From NCBI GenBank assembly GCA_030141605.1, contig JAQGDQ010000901.1, positions 1 to 64,000 of the forward strand: a stretch of DNA of 64,000 nt, written 5' to 3'. The notes beneath the pieces were generated by a model. That model ran no database searches. It saw nothing but the letters and a program-made list of their open reading frames with translations, and was not told the origin of the DNA. This document shows positions 46,301-57,500 of the stretch, one piece after another; positions within the stretch are counted from its first letter, which is position 1, and every line of letters begins with the position of its first letter. The DNA is from Tubiluchus corallicola (taxonomy: Eukaryota > Animalia > Priapulida). The position numbers and the translations under genes are program-made.

Positions 46301-49300
46301 ATGTAGTGTGATAAGAATTAGAAACCAGATTAAATAAAGAAAAATGTGAGCATTAAAATCTGGATATGATTTCCAAGTCTAGCAGGTCAAGATATGAACA
46401 TAGTTCTTTCATGGTGCAATGTAGTTTTGTCACAGCCAAAAAATAAAAGCATTCCTGTTAGATGTGTGCCTGAAGATAATACAAGATAGCTTGGAAAGTC
46501 TGACATGTACAGCAACAGATGCGACTATAATTTCACTGAAGAATACAAAGATACATTTAAAAAGGCAAAAAATCTAATTTCTTAAAAAAGCCCCAGGGCA
46601 GCAATTAAGAAAGTACCATTAATTTTATAGTATACAACATGAATGCAATGTTCTCGCTTCAACTGGCCCAATTGTTTTATACGTTTCAGATGTTACTTTC
46701 ATAAATGAATTATTTTTGACACATATTGGTCATTTGACTCATTTCTACAAAGAAAATGGAAAAGAAATAGTTAAACTAATACACCGTATCTAGTTATTTG
46801 CAATGTAAAGTTGGCAAATGGCAATGCTAGAGCCATACTTCTATCAGACAGTTCGCGTGCAATTTCTTTTCCTATTCCCTGATTGGCTCCAGTAACAATG
46901 ACGGTTTTTCCACCAATGGCAGCACGGCTGTATGTCGGGGAGCCCTTGAAATATACCCTAACAAAATGTAATTGAAAATTAAATTAAAAGTTTCACTGAC
47001 AATATATTTGTTTGAAGCTCTTCTGAGCCACAGTCATAATAGTGAAAAAGGTCAAAATGCCCAAAACAGCATCTTGAAGTTTTTTACTGACAAGATTTTT
47101 GTGGTGAATTTATGATGAGAGTGCATAAAAAAACCACACTTTCATGGGTCATTGTCTACAGAATGTGCAAAACGCATGAGAAAAAATCTGCCAAATGACT
47201 GGAAAGATATCTTTAAAATTACTCTGCCTTGTTATTAATAAGGTTGCCTTGTATGTAAATAGGATAGTGACAGAGCGTAAAACACCTGTAAAAATTAACC
47301 ATAACCATTTTAAAGTTATCTGAATAATTACTTTTGTCATTACGGTTACAGACATGAGTTGTGCAGTATAACATACACAAATCAAGTTGCGTCCTCAACC
47401 AGTTGTCTTATAAAATATATTTTTTGTTCCTTGCTGTAAGCATATCTGGTCAGACCAGTATAAAATACCTTTTTATATTTTGAACTGGTTTTCACATTTA
47501 TTAGGCAGTGTGCAGGTGTAACATGAAACAGAGAAAGAATGAAAACATATCACTTAATAGGAATGCAATTGTAATTCAGGTGAATTAGATGTGACACTTT
47601 AATGTTCAGAAAAAATTGTGCTACGGAACTACGGAAAAATTTTGGGCAGTAACAGAAATGACCATAAGGTAACAGCAATGACTAGTGGAACAGGGTATGT
47701 TCCAGTATATGGAACAGGAATGACACACTATCTAAGCAACAACATTTGTTTTACGAAAGAATATTTTTAATTACTAATTAATTACCAGCTTTCTTTAAGG
47801 TAAAAATATTGGCAAACACTCACTGTTTGACTCTACCATGTGAACTTTAAATTTCAAGTTTTAACATATTTAAAAAAATAGCAGATTTAACCAGAACACA
47901 AACAGCTTAATAGGTCCACTGTCTAAAAACATCACAGGAACTGCATACACCTTAACTGTTTGACTTGAACAGAACAGACAAAACTTTTAAATTCTTTATA
48001 ACAGTCTTTGTCAGGAAATATATAAAAATGATTTAAAATTCGTAACAAAGCAAAAACATTAAGACAAAATGAGTATGTACAAAAAAAAACAATTAAAAAG
48101 GCAAAGAAAACAAAAAATATAATCTATCATTAAAGATTAACCAGTGGCGTCGTGCCATAGGGGCCCGGGCCCCCCTCAATTTTTTAGAAAATGTCAAGGA
48201 GAGAAACATGAGAACTCGACGGCAAACAAATTTATTTCTGACTTTTTGACACACAATAGCGGGCCAGCGCTCCATAAATGCGAACAGTATGAGCGTTTCG
48301 GTACAGTAGCCCAATAATATTTTTTATCATTAAAGTTTGTCGCCGAGTTAAATTATTCTGACTGTTAATACGTGCCTGACCAGATGTGTTTACCTGAGTC
48401 AGGATGACTGAGGATGTAGTTAATTTGTTTGCATGTAATCTATTCAGGAGGCAGGCAGGAACAGTTAACAAAGCAGCTCGTTGAGTAGCATTAGCGTCTT
48501 TGCACAAAAGACTGTTAGTTAACAAAACGGCTCAGTTAGCACTCGAGCTTCGTTCAGCAGTGTGTTATAATGGAGAACAAGTGAAATAATAGAGCAAAAA
48601 CAATGCAAACATTGAAGTCATGTTGAGCTAGCCTAGTACCAGAGAGTCAGTTTGTCCAGCTAGCCTAGTACCAGAGTCGGTTTGGGAGATACAAATTGAT
48701 GAGCCACGGCTGAGCCACCTCTTGATTGGACATTACCGACTCTTTGCTACTCCTTAGCGACTCTTTGCCACGAGTTTGCTGCATAAAAGGGCGTGATTTT
48801 GAGCACATTTCATCATTTTTCTCCTGCTAGGAGAATCTTTGCTAGTTTTCGCTGCGAATTTTAACGTGATTCTATATTTCTTAAACGATGTCAAGGCAGT
48901 CCAAACTGACTTCATTTTTCAAGTCCAACCGTACCATTATATACAGTCGGGCCCCCCTAATTTTTTTTGGTGCACGACGCCCCTGGATTAACTAGAAGGA
49001 AGCAACATATTTACTATTATTTAGACAGCAAAATGTTCTGTGGAGCAAAACTTTCATTTTGATTTAAATCTAAGTTAGAATTTTTTATAATTGAGGCAGA
49101 TTCAAAAACATGTCTCTTTATTGATGTCGCTAGCTGGAAATGTTGTATTTCTTAATAAAAGCTTACTAAATTTCATTTATATAATGTGTTGTTTATAAAA
49201 CAGAACAGAACAGATTTGGCTGGAACAGGAACAACCTAATAGTTAAACTGATGTTTTGAGAGAAATCACAAGCACATTAGCCTTCTTAAAGTTTAAATTG

Positions 49301-49395
49301 TACCTCATTATTGCAGTTACTAATAGAATACTAAAAGAAAATATTATAAACACCTTTTGGCTTCTATAGGTAGACCTATTGGCTAATTTACCCAT
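40309..49395 (-). CDS. Retinol dehydrogenase 11/12/13/14-like SDR (~332 aa); exons 49304-49395 (tentative), 46839-46957, 45640-45795, 45037-45144, 42763-42972, 42304-42511, 40309-40414
   Basis: Motifs TGANQGIG, ILACRD, LINNAG, AYTQSK, SCHPG, SGKYFSDC, AKKLWAIS. Exons join in phase (999 nt) with one GC-AG intron. The first exon is uncertain; an alternative 5' pair is 50859-50880 plus an exon whose acceptor boundary is at 50498. Confidence 0.85.
40884..42064 (-). mobile_element. Defective Tc1/mariner (rosa/DUF4817-type) transposon
   Basis: TA-flanked TIRs (C/A)AGGGTGT..CACAAAGTC.TTA.ACAATT. Transposase N-terminus MTTPQEKAHCISWF..RSGRPRTS (41543-41878) and FSDDATFHV near 41195-41225. Internal 205-bp tandem duplication (41281 and 41486). 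C-terminal part deleted. Confidence 0.85.
43090..44460 (+). mobile_element. 5'-truncated, internally deleted CR1-group LINE (RT), antisense within the SDR intron
   Basis: KLKRGKSDG, FSKAFDRVN, NGVKQGSLLSGVLSAMYVNDL. Multiple frameshifts; the YADD region is missing. Confidence 0.8.
48142..48985. mobile_element. Non-autonomous TIR DNA transposon (hAT- or P-like MITE, 844 bp)
   Basis: Termini CAGTGGCGTCGTGC ... GCACGACGCCCCTG, subterminal GGGCCCCCCT repeats, and flanking direct repeat GATTAAC (48135-48141, 48986-48992). Confidence 0.8.
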
Positions 49396-51298
49396 GCCAT
49401 TGCTTAAGCTGTGAAAAGCAGAAACTTTATGTTGTGCCAGTTTCCTTTTTATAAGCTAGACAGTCTCTCTATTACTGCTATTACTACACAGTACTACTCT
49501 GAAATTTCAAAATATCTTCTTTTGCGTCATTGCTGTTACTTTGTTGTCACTGCTATGAAAGACGATTATAACAGGAGTGAGAATGACTATTAAGCAAAAA
49601 ACCTGCTCACTTAGACTAATCATGCTACTTCATCCTTTCCAGATAATTTGATTCAACACAGTAAATTACTAAAATTAACCATATATGATTATAATCATTT
49701 TATGTTTTGTTTTTTAATAACTAGATATGTAACAGAAATGATCATGAATTAACATAACCAGTAACACTGAATCAAAACTTTTGTCAGGAAACTTAAAAAA
49801 AAGCATTGGAGAGGCCACCATTAAAAAGTTTGTCAGATCACAATAGGTGGTGCTTTCTGCTGGCAAAGATTTACAACAATAGAGTTAGTCAGTGGTACTT
49901 GCCTCAGCTTTTCAATCAAAGTAACAGGAATGACGTTGAACATGGAGACACACACGGAACCAAGCAAAACAGATATTTGCTGGTTCTGAAAGTATTTAGG
50001 AAGAGGATTTTCGCATTTAGTGTGCTGTTTAGAATAAAACACTGCAAATTTGTTTTTAAATGGATGGTTTCTACCAAATCTAACGTAATGAAAAAGTTGA
50101 AACTGGGTACTTGGGGGCATTGGACAAACTTCTCCAGGAACCAATTTTGGTTTCACCAGAGATGTCCAAAATACTTGTCTGTGAACATATACAACTGGAA
50201 TAAGTCTCTCTCTTTGGTGTCTACCAGTCATGAGACAGTATTGTACCTTTGCAAGTGAAGAAAAAGGACTAAGGGACGAAAATTGTACATTCTGTGCAGA
50301 ATGACCCTTATCCAAGTGGCGTGTGGCTCACCTGGATTTAACTCGTACGGGAAGATATACATAGAATTTTAAACGGCGATTTAGTGGGCCATCATTGAGG
50401 AAAACCCTTGACAGTGAGCAAGGCTCCAATATACCACAGACATGTCATTGAGTAAACCTTGCTTTTAGGTGCTGGATTCCAGCTCGCAGTGGGCTGGTCT
50501 ACAAAAAAGCAAAAGTGAACATCTAAACAAAAAAAGAAAAAAATGAATGGAAAAGTCAAAGAAAAGACATTATATAATCAGAACAATCAATGTGAATCTT
50601 AATCACATGCAAAACTTTGTTCGCTTTTTGCTTTAATCATATTGCACATACTGCCTCTAATCTGATAATTTTTGGAGTTAATGAATGAATCGAACTGAAT
50701 TTTTTAAAAAACAATCCCAAGACAGAGGCTTAGTAACGAACTGCAATAAAATTTTTAGTAAATTACTGAAAGACACAGGCGTAACAAAACAATTTACTTT
50801 ACGAAAACTATGATTCCACAAAAAATGGCCACTTTCCACAGAAGAGTAGGCACTTCACCAAAACCCGGAGGTGCATCCATGCTATGTAATATCCTGCAAC
50901 ACCAGAAAATGTGTTTTTTGAACTTGACAATACACAGGGACAATTGCTGAATTTCTAAACTTAAGAAAGACAATCAACGTAACGACCACGATCGCAACAC
51001 AACTGTTACAGCTCGGCGTGAGCACGCGACTTGTTGGTGTAGGGCGCCGAGTAAGCCCGAGTACACTTCCCGCAAAACGCATGTGTTAAATTTGCGGAAA
51101 AGCAGTGTCGTATATGGGCAGCCCAAGTAGGACACTAGCGATTTCTGTCGAGAATCGAGATTTATGAGATACTAAAACATAAAAGTAAATTTGTTTTAGA
51201 AAAAACGTAACTTTATAGTAATGATGGACAGTCCTTGACAATTTACAAATGTATTTTTTACAGCAATATCATCATTATTATTAGCTCCATTAATATCA

Positions 51299-53029
51299 TC
51301 TATACTCTTACTAGCAAAGGCCCCGCAAAAGATTTTGCGTAAAAAACCACGTGTAATCAATAATACGCGAATATCCTACCTAGTCCTCATGTATAACGCA
51401 AAGCCCGTAAAATCATGCCTACTGTTTGTTTAACTAACGCAAAGCCTGTAGCTTTTACTGAATTAAAGCTATAAGATTATAGACAGAGTACAATGGATGA
51501 CGTCACAACAATGGCTTTGCGTCAGCAGTTTTCTAAGCGAAAATTGCCGAAAATAGAACTGGTAATTAACTCGCCAGTACTCCTCTCGGTGGACGTGTCC
51601 CAACATATAACCCACATCATCGTGTAGCCCTGTTTTTTCTCTTTCTGATGAGCCGTATATCTCCTTCCGAGAGTCCCACCAGGCGCCACTAGAACGTTTT
51701 TTCCGCATGCTGTTTGATCAGAATTTCGAAAAAATTGCGAGTTGGGTCCGGGAAAACGCCCGTTGCGGGGCGCCGTGGTCCTCTCGCGAATTCTAAATAG
51801 GCCTATGACACCCAACGCTGAACGGGCTATCTACTCACACCCAGCACCACCTTTGGGCCATTCCCGTTCTCTACATCTCAGCCGTATAACTTTTGCAAAA
51901 AACGGCCGAAAAATGGCCATTTTTGGAGGTTTTTCGCCGCCCGTTCCTCCCGGTGGGCCCGATTCGAAAAATAAACCACCAATGAGACGACACTAGATCG
52001 AGACCTTTCGTTTGATGTATAGATCGCCGCAAATGGTGCCGTCGTCCGGGCTGTAGCCTCGAATCTTATATATATATATATTAAGATACCAAGAATATTA
52101 ATATAAGAGTATCTATATATTAATTCTTGGTATATAAATAAATATATATACCAAGAATATTAATATCTATATTATTAAGAGTATAGATATTAATATTCTT
52201 GGTATATATATTTATTTATCTATACTCTTATATTAATATTCTTGGTATATATATATATATTTATTTATATATAAGATTCGAGGCTACAGCTTCGACGAGG
52301 GCACCATTTGCGGCGATCTATATATCAAACGAAAGGTCTCGATCTAGTGTCGTCTCATTGGGGGTTTATTTTTGGAATGGGGCCCACCGCGAGGAACGGG
52401 GGGCGAAAAACCTCCAAAAATGGCCATTTTTTGGCCGTTTTTTGCAAAAGTTATACGGCTGAGATGTAGAGACCGGGAATGGGCCGAGGGTGGTGCTGGG
52501 TATGGATAGATAGCCCGTTCAGCAATGGGTGTCATAGGCATATTTAGAATTCGCGAGAGGGCCACGGCGCCCCGCAACGGGCGTTTTCCCGGACCCAACT
52601 CGCGATTTTTTCGAAATTTTGACCAAACAGCATGCGGGAAAAACGTTCTAGCGTCGCCCGGTGGGACTCTCGGAAGGAGATATGGGGCTCTTTACAAAGA
52701 GGAAGAACGGGGCTACACGATGATGTAGGTTATATTTTAGGGCAGGTCCACCGAGAGGAGTATCAACGAGTTAATTAGGAGTTCTATTTTCGGCAATTTT
52801 CACTTAGAAAACTGTTGACGCAAAGGCATTGTTCTGACGTCATCCATTGTACTCTGCTGTAATCTTATAACTTTAATTCAGCAAAAAGCTACAGGCTTTG
52901 CGTTAGTTAAACAAACAGTAGGCACGATGTTACGGGCTTTGTGTTATAAATGTGGACTAGGTAGGATGTTCGCGTATTATTGATTACACGTGGTTTTTTA
53001 CGCAAAATCTTTTGCGGGGCCTTTGCTAT
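51299..53029 (+). mobile_element. Non-autonomous Helitron A (51299-51310 plus 52188-53029), interrupted by copy B
   Basis: 5' end A|TCTATACTCTTA continuing as TATTAATATTCTTGG after copy B. 3' hairpin CGCAAAA-TC-TTTTGCG, then GGGCCTTTG-CTAT (degenerate CTAG). Confidence 0.75.
51311..52187 (-). mobile_element. Non-autonomous Helitron B (877 bp, same family, inverted)
   Basis: The minus strand begins TCTATACTCTTA and ends with hairpin CGCAAAATCTTTTGCG plus GGGCCTTTGCTAG. Inserted between A51310 and T52188 with no TSD. Confidence 0.8.
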
Positions 53030-53174
53030 TTATTATATTATAGCACATAGTTTCAACTTTGTGAAAAATGTTTGGAATGGTTTTGTTGTAATGCTGTGCT
53101 GTTGGTGCTTGTGCTATAGGTGTCGTCATCATTGCCACCACCATCATCATCATCATCAACATCATGATCACCAC

Positions 53175-53822
53175 GTGAGGTGGTGGATTTGATGTGGTGT
53201 GCTTTGTGTGTTGTGCTATGGATGGTGTGGTGGGGGTGATAGGGTGTGTGGGGTGTGGTGTGGGTAGTGTGGTATGGAGTGGGTGGCGTGGTGTGTGGGT
53301 GGGTGTTGTGGTGCAGTGTGGTGTTATGGTGTGGTGCAGTGCGGTGTGATGTGGTGGAGTATTATGGTGTGGGTGGTGTGGTGGTATTGTGTGGTGCAGT
53401 GTGGTGCGATGAGGTGGAGTGGTATGGTGTGGTGTGATGTGGTGGAGTCGTATGGTGTGGGTGGGTGGTGTGGTGTGTGGGTGGTGCGGTGTGCTGCAGT
53501 GGTATGGTGTGGTGCGGTGTGATGTGGTGGAGTGGTATGGTGTAGGTGGTGTGGTGTGTAGGTGGGTGGGTGGTGTGGTGCAGTGTGGTGTTATGGTGTG
53601 GTGCTGTGCGGTGTGATGTGGTGGAGTATTATGGTGTGGGTGGTGTGGTATGGTGTGTGGGTGGTGCAGTGTGGTGTGATGTGGTGGAGTGGTATGGTGT
53701 GGGTGGTGTGGTGTGTAGGTGGTATGGTGTGGTGGTATTGTGTGGTGCGATGAGGTGGAGTGGTATGGTGTGGTGCAGTGTGGTGTGATGAGGTGGAGTG
53801 GTGTGGTGTGGGTGGTGTGTTG
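53175..53822. repeat. TG-rich (GTG/GTGTG) low-complexity satellite
   Basis: Almost entirely G/T on the + strand, with recurring longer units such as GTGGTGCAGTGTGGTG and GATGTGGTGGAGT. Preceded by (CAT)n/(CAC)n at about 53127-53172. Confidence 0.9.
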
Positions 53823-54508
53823 ATTTGTGCACAAAATTCTTTTTGCGGGGTTTGGCTAGTCATAACATTAAACTAAGTATCTAATGCTTTAAAGAGAGAA
53901 CTATGTAGGGTTAATAAATCGCTTATTTGTCCGAAAACGAAAACAATTATTTGTTCAAGAGGGAATGAATAGGATCACCTGGCTGTGAAGCAAAACAAAA
54001 TAAAAAATGATATACCTTAAACAAATGATGGAATCGCCTAAAAAGTGCGCTTATTTCACTTCAAAGAAGTTTAATATTGGCAAATATTAATTCTTCTAGC
54101 ACAGAATAAAATTCTTTTATTTTCTCTGATGTATAATAAATGATTCAACGTATAATGACTTTTTCAAGTATTATTATTCCATAAACAAGGACGACGGACG
54201 GTGACAGTAGGCTTAACGACTCAATTTGCGATCTGTTTCTAGTGTCCTACTTAGGCAGCCCATGTACGAAGCTTCCTACTTGGGCTAGCCCACGTACGCC
54301 AATTGTCCTACTTCGGCTAGTAGATTACTCGGCGCCCAACAGTTGGGTCGGTCTATGGACTGTACTTAATATCGCAAAATACCGCGAGTTTTATAATGGC
54401 GTCCACCAGGAAGTAGTATTAAGTGTCCGGCGTATGAAAGCGTAGTTTTGTTGCAGTTGTATTGATTTAACTTCATAATTAAACCACGCCTTCGTGATAG
54501 AGAGAAAA

Positions 54509-57500
54509 ATGGATAAAGTTACACATTTCTTTAAACCTCGGACATCGAGTGACGTCTTATCAAAAAAGACGGGACAAGCCGCTGCAAATTTTCTCAAATC
54601 GTTATCAGCCAGTCACAATGCACACAAGACATTTAGTCAATTGCTTAAGAAATCTAAACTCTCTCTCGAGGAAGTGGTAAAAGTTGATTACTATCGGGAA
54701 AATGATTATTATGATACACATGCTTGTTACTTCAGCATGGTGGATCGGCCAGCAGCTGAGGAAATATTACAACGAAACGGAAATAGTATGTGCACAGTGT
54801 AATAATTTACTTGAAACTTAATTTTTCTTAATTATTTTCCTGGCCTGTTGGTTGTCGTGAGAAATAAAGACTTGTGGACCTTCAGGAGTTGCCCAGTTTC
54901 AGAAATTGAGAATTCATTCCATTCTTAGAAGATAAAATAAATAAATAAACAAAAACAAAATCAGTAAGCTCAAAATTATAATTAGTTATTTAATTAATTA
55001 TTATGGCTCAGTCTAGGTTTCAATGTAATTAAATACCAACCTCATTAGGTGACACTGTAGCACAAGCCATCCATATTTGGAAATGTGGAATTGGTTGGTT
55101 AGCTATTTGGATTTATTTCAAGACATGATTGAATTGACTGTCATGATCACAGCAGTCTGTGTAGTGACTGTAATTTGGTGGTCTTGGTAGGGGACTTGCG
55201 ATCTAAAGATCACAGGCTCAAATCTAGAGTCATTCTGACTTCTTGCTAGTCTGGATTCATTCCATCACTAACCAATAACTTTGAAATTAAGCTTATACAC
55301 AATATAATTATTATTTCAAATATGTTTGTGTTAAATAAACTGTAATAAGGCTTCTGAATACAGTACCTGTATATCAAGTATATACAACAGTACTTTCAAC
55401 AGGTTTCTAACTGACAAAATTTTCTTTCTGTCTGAAACTCAATGAAAGCAAGTATTGGGGTTTTTGAAGTGGCTTTCTGTTGTTTTGGTGCTTGTCACTT
55501 GTTGACTATGTCAACCAGTGTACTACTAAGTATTTTTAATCAGTCATGTGCTTACAAAATGAAATCATGGCCATGCAAGTTACTCTATGCTCAGTAGCAA
55601 ACATATTTAGTTTATCAGGTAAATAAGTGGGCATGCAAGAAGTAAACTGTCCTTTTCAGAAGTGAGAGACTCGACCCTTTTTTGGCTACTCTTTTGGATG
55701 TTCTTAGGGATGACCTTTTAAAAAATAGAGCTAGGGATCTGTGAATTTGCAATGAATCCTCCAGACACTTCGTGCGAATATATTACAGCAAATTGTGCGT
55801 CAAATGACAGAGTGGAATTTATGATCGGCTGTTTTGAATTCAAGATGGCGTTAATAATATTGTTTTTGGAAAAAGTCTAAGGCTCTGCTAATTTGCAATG
55901 GATTATCATGAAGGTTTATAGAAATATACTAGGGCAGATTCCACACTGATTGATGGAGTCGGATTTTCGATCTGCCATTAGAATTTGCAGTGGATTATCA
56001 TGAAAGTTTATAGAAATATACTAGAGCAAATTCCACACTGATTGATGGAGTCAGATCCTTGACATGCCATTTGCATTCAAAAAAGCAGCAAAAAACATCA
56101 TTTTTGAGAAAAAAGTTAGACTGTGCCAGTTTAGTTTGCAACAGATCTTCATGAAACTTTATAGAAATGTACTAAAGCTAATTCTGCATCGATTGACAAA
56201 ATCAGATTTTCGATTTTGAAATCAAAAAATATCATTTTTGGAGAAAGCTGTGCCAATTCACGATGGATTGTCATGAAACTTTCGAAGAATATACGAGAAC
56301 AAATTCTACATTGACTAACAGAGTCATATGTCTGATCTGCCTCTTGAGATGGCAGCAACAACATGATTTTGGAGAAAAGCCCACTTATTTGAAATGTATC
56401 GTCATGAAAACCTACAGAAATATACTTGAATGAATTCTGCATCGAGTGACAAACTATAATTTTCGATTTGTCATCTTAAATTCAAGATAGTATCATTAAC
56501 GTTATTTCTGATGCACGATCTTTAGTTCGTCGAGTTCCATGACCAATAATTCGAAGCGAACTTGTTTATTAACCTATAGTAATTTATCACTGAAGACCTC
56601 TTCAGGGGCCTACCATCAGTTATGATTGGCAAAAAAAGCTTTCCAGCCCAAATTTTGACTTGTTGAAACTTGTACTAGTACTTTTAGTAATTGATTAATA
56701 CAAAAAATGTCTTCTATTCTAAAATAGGTTTGTATTTTTTAGGTGAAGGATTGTTTCTTATCCGTGACAGTGCTAAAGTCGGCGATTTTGTGCTTTCCAT
56801 GATTTCTGAAAGAAGACCCGTGCATTTCCATATTGAGCAACATAATAATAGTGTTTCACAGTACTCTATAGACAGCGGTGATTGCTTTGATGGTTTGGAC
56901 AGACTGGTAACTCATTACGTAAATTCACCGGATGGCCTGCCAACAAGACTGACGTTGTTCTGTAAAATGGGAATGCCCTTGCCATATCATGCGATAAAAT
57001 ATGGCCGCACAAATGTACTTCACCATGTCGTTAAAGAAGGTAGCATCAAATTAACACGTATGGTGCTAGAGTCAGATAGATATGAAAACCTTAATGCAAA
57101 AAATGCTGATGGCTCTACGGCACTGCACATTGCGGCTTTTAATGGATTTGATCAAATTTGTGAAATTCTTGCTAATGGAGGAGCAGATGTCAATGCCAAA
57201 GATGCATCAGGATACACGCCCCTACACAGTGCATGTGTGGGAAATAAACCAAGTACAATTAGTCTTCTAGTGACTAAATACAAAGCAGATCTTCAAGAAC
57301 CTTGTAGTATCAATGGAATGGTTCCCCTTCATGTTGCAGCAAATTACGGCCATGAACAGTGTGTGGAAAAACTTCTTGCGCTAAAGTCACCCCTTCGTCC
57401 GCGTACAGACTGTGGAAAAATACCACTGGACTTGGCAGAAAAAGGAAGGCATCAAGCATGCATTGATTTGTTATCACGATATAAGTCACCTGCCCCACAA

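Larger units (their letters stand above)
51042..54337. mobile_element. TIR element (Mutator-like MITE, ~735 bp without inserts) hosting nested Helitrons
   Basis: Termini GGGCGCCGAGTAA ... TTACTCGGCGCCC. Inverted subterminal blocks CGTA(T/C)ATGGGC(A/T)GCC(C/T)AAGTAGGACACTAG near 51110-51138 and 54240-54268. No TSD found. Confidence 0.6.

Noticed and set aside
49806-50315. Overlapping 150-aa and 160-aa ORFs on opposite strands
   Set aside because: Non-ATG starts and no recognisable domain; they lie in the SDR 5' intron/UTR region.
51469-52728. Paired similar ORFs (MGPGKRPLRG.., MGVIG..)
   Set aside because: They reflect the two inverted GC-rich Helitron copies; no Rep/helicase motifs.
52998-53863. 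His/Thr/Pro-rich 278-aa ORF and Val/Trp/Cys-rich ORFs
   Set aside because: Translations of a G/T satellite that lacks stop codons by composition. It is also not a CRISPR array, having no repeat-spacer structure.
55158-55230. tRNA-like A/B-box sequence (similar weak B-box-like motifs near 10690 and 33350)
   Set aside because: No cloverleaf can be formed; at most degenerate SINE heads, not tRNA genes.
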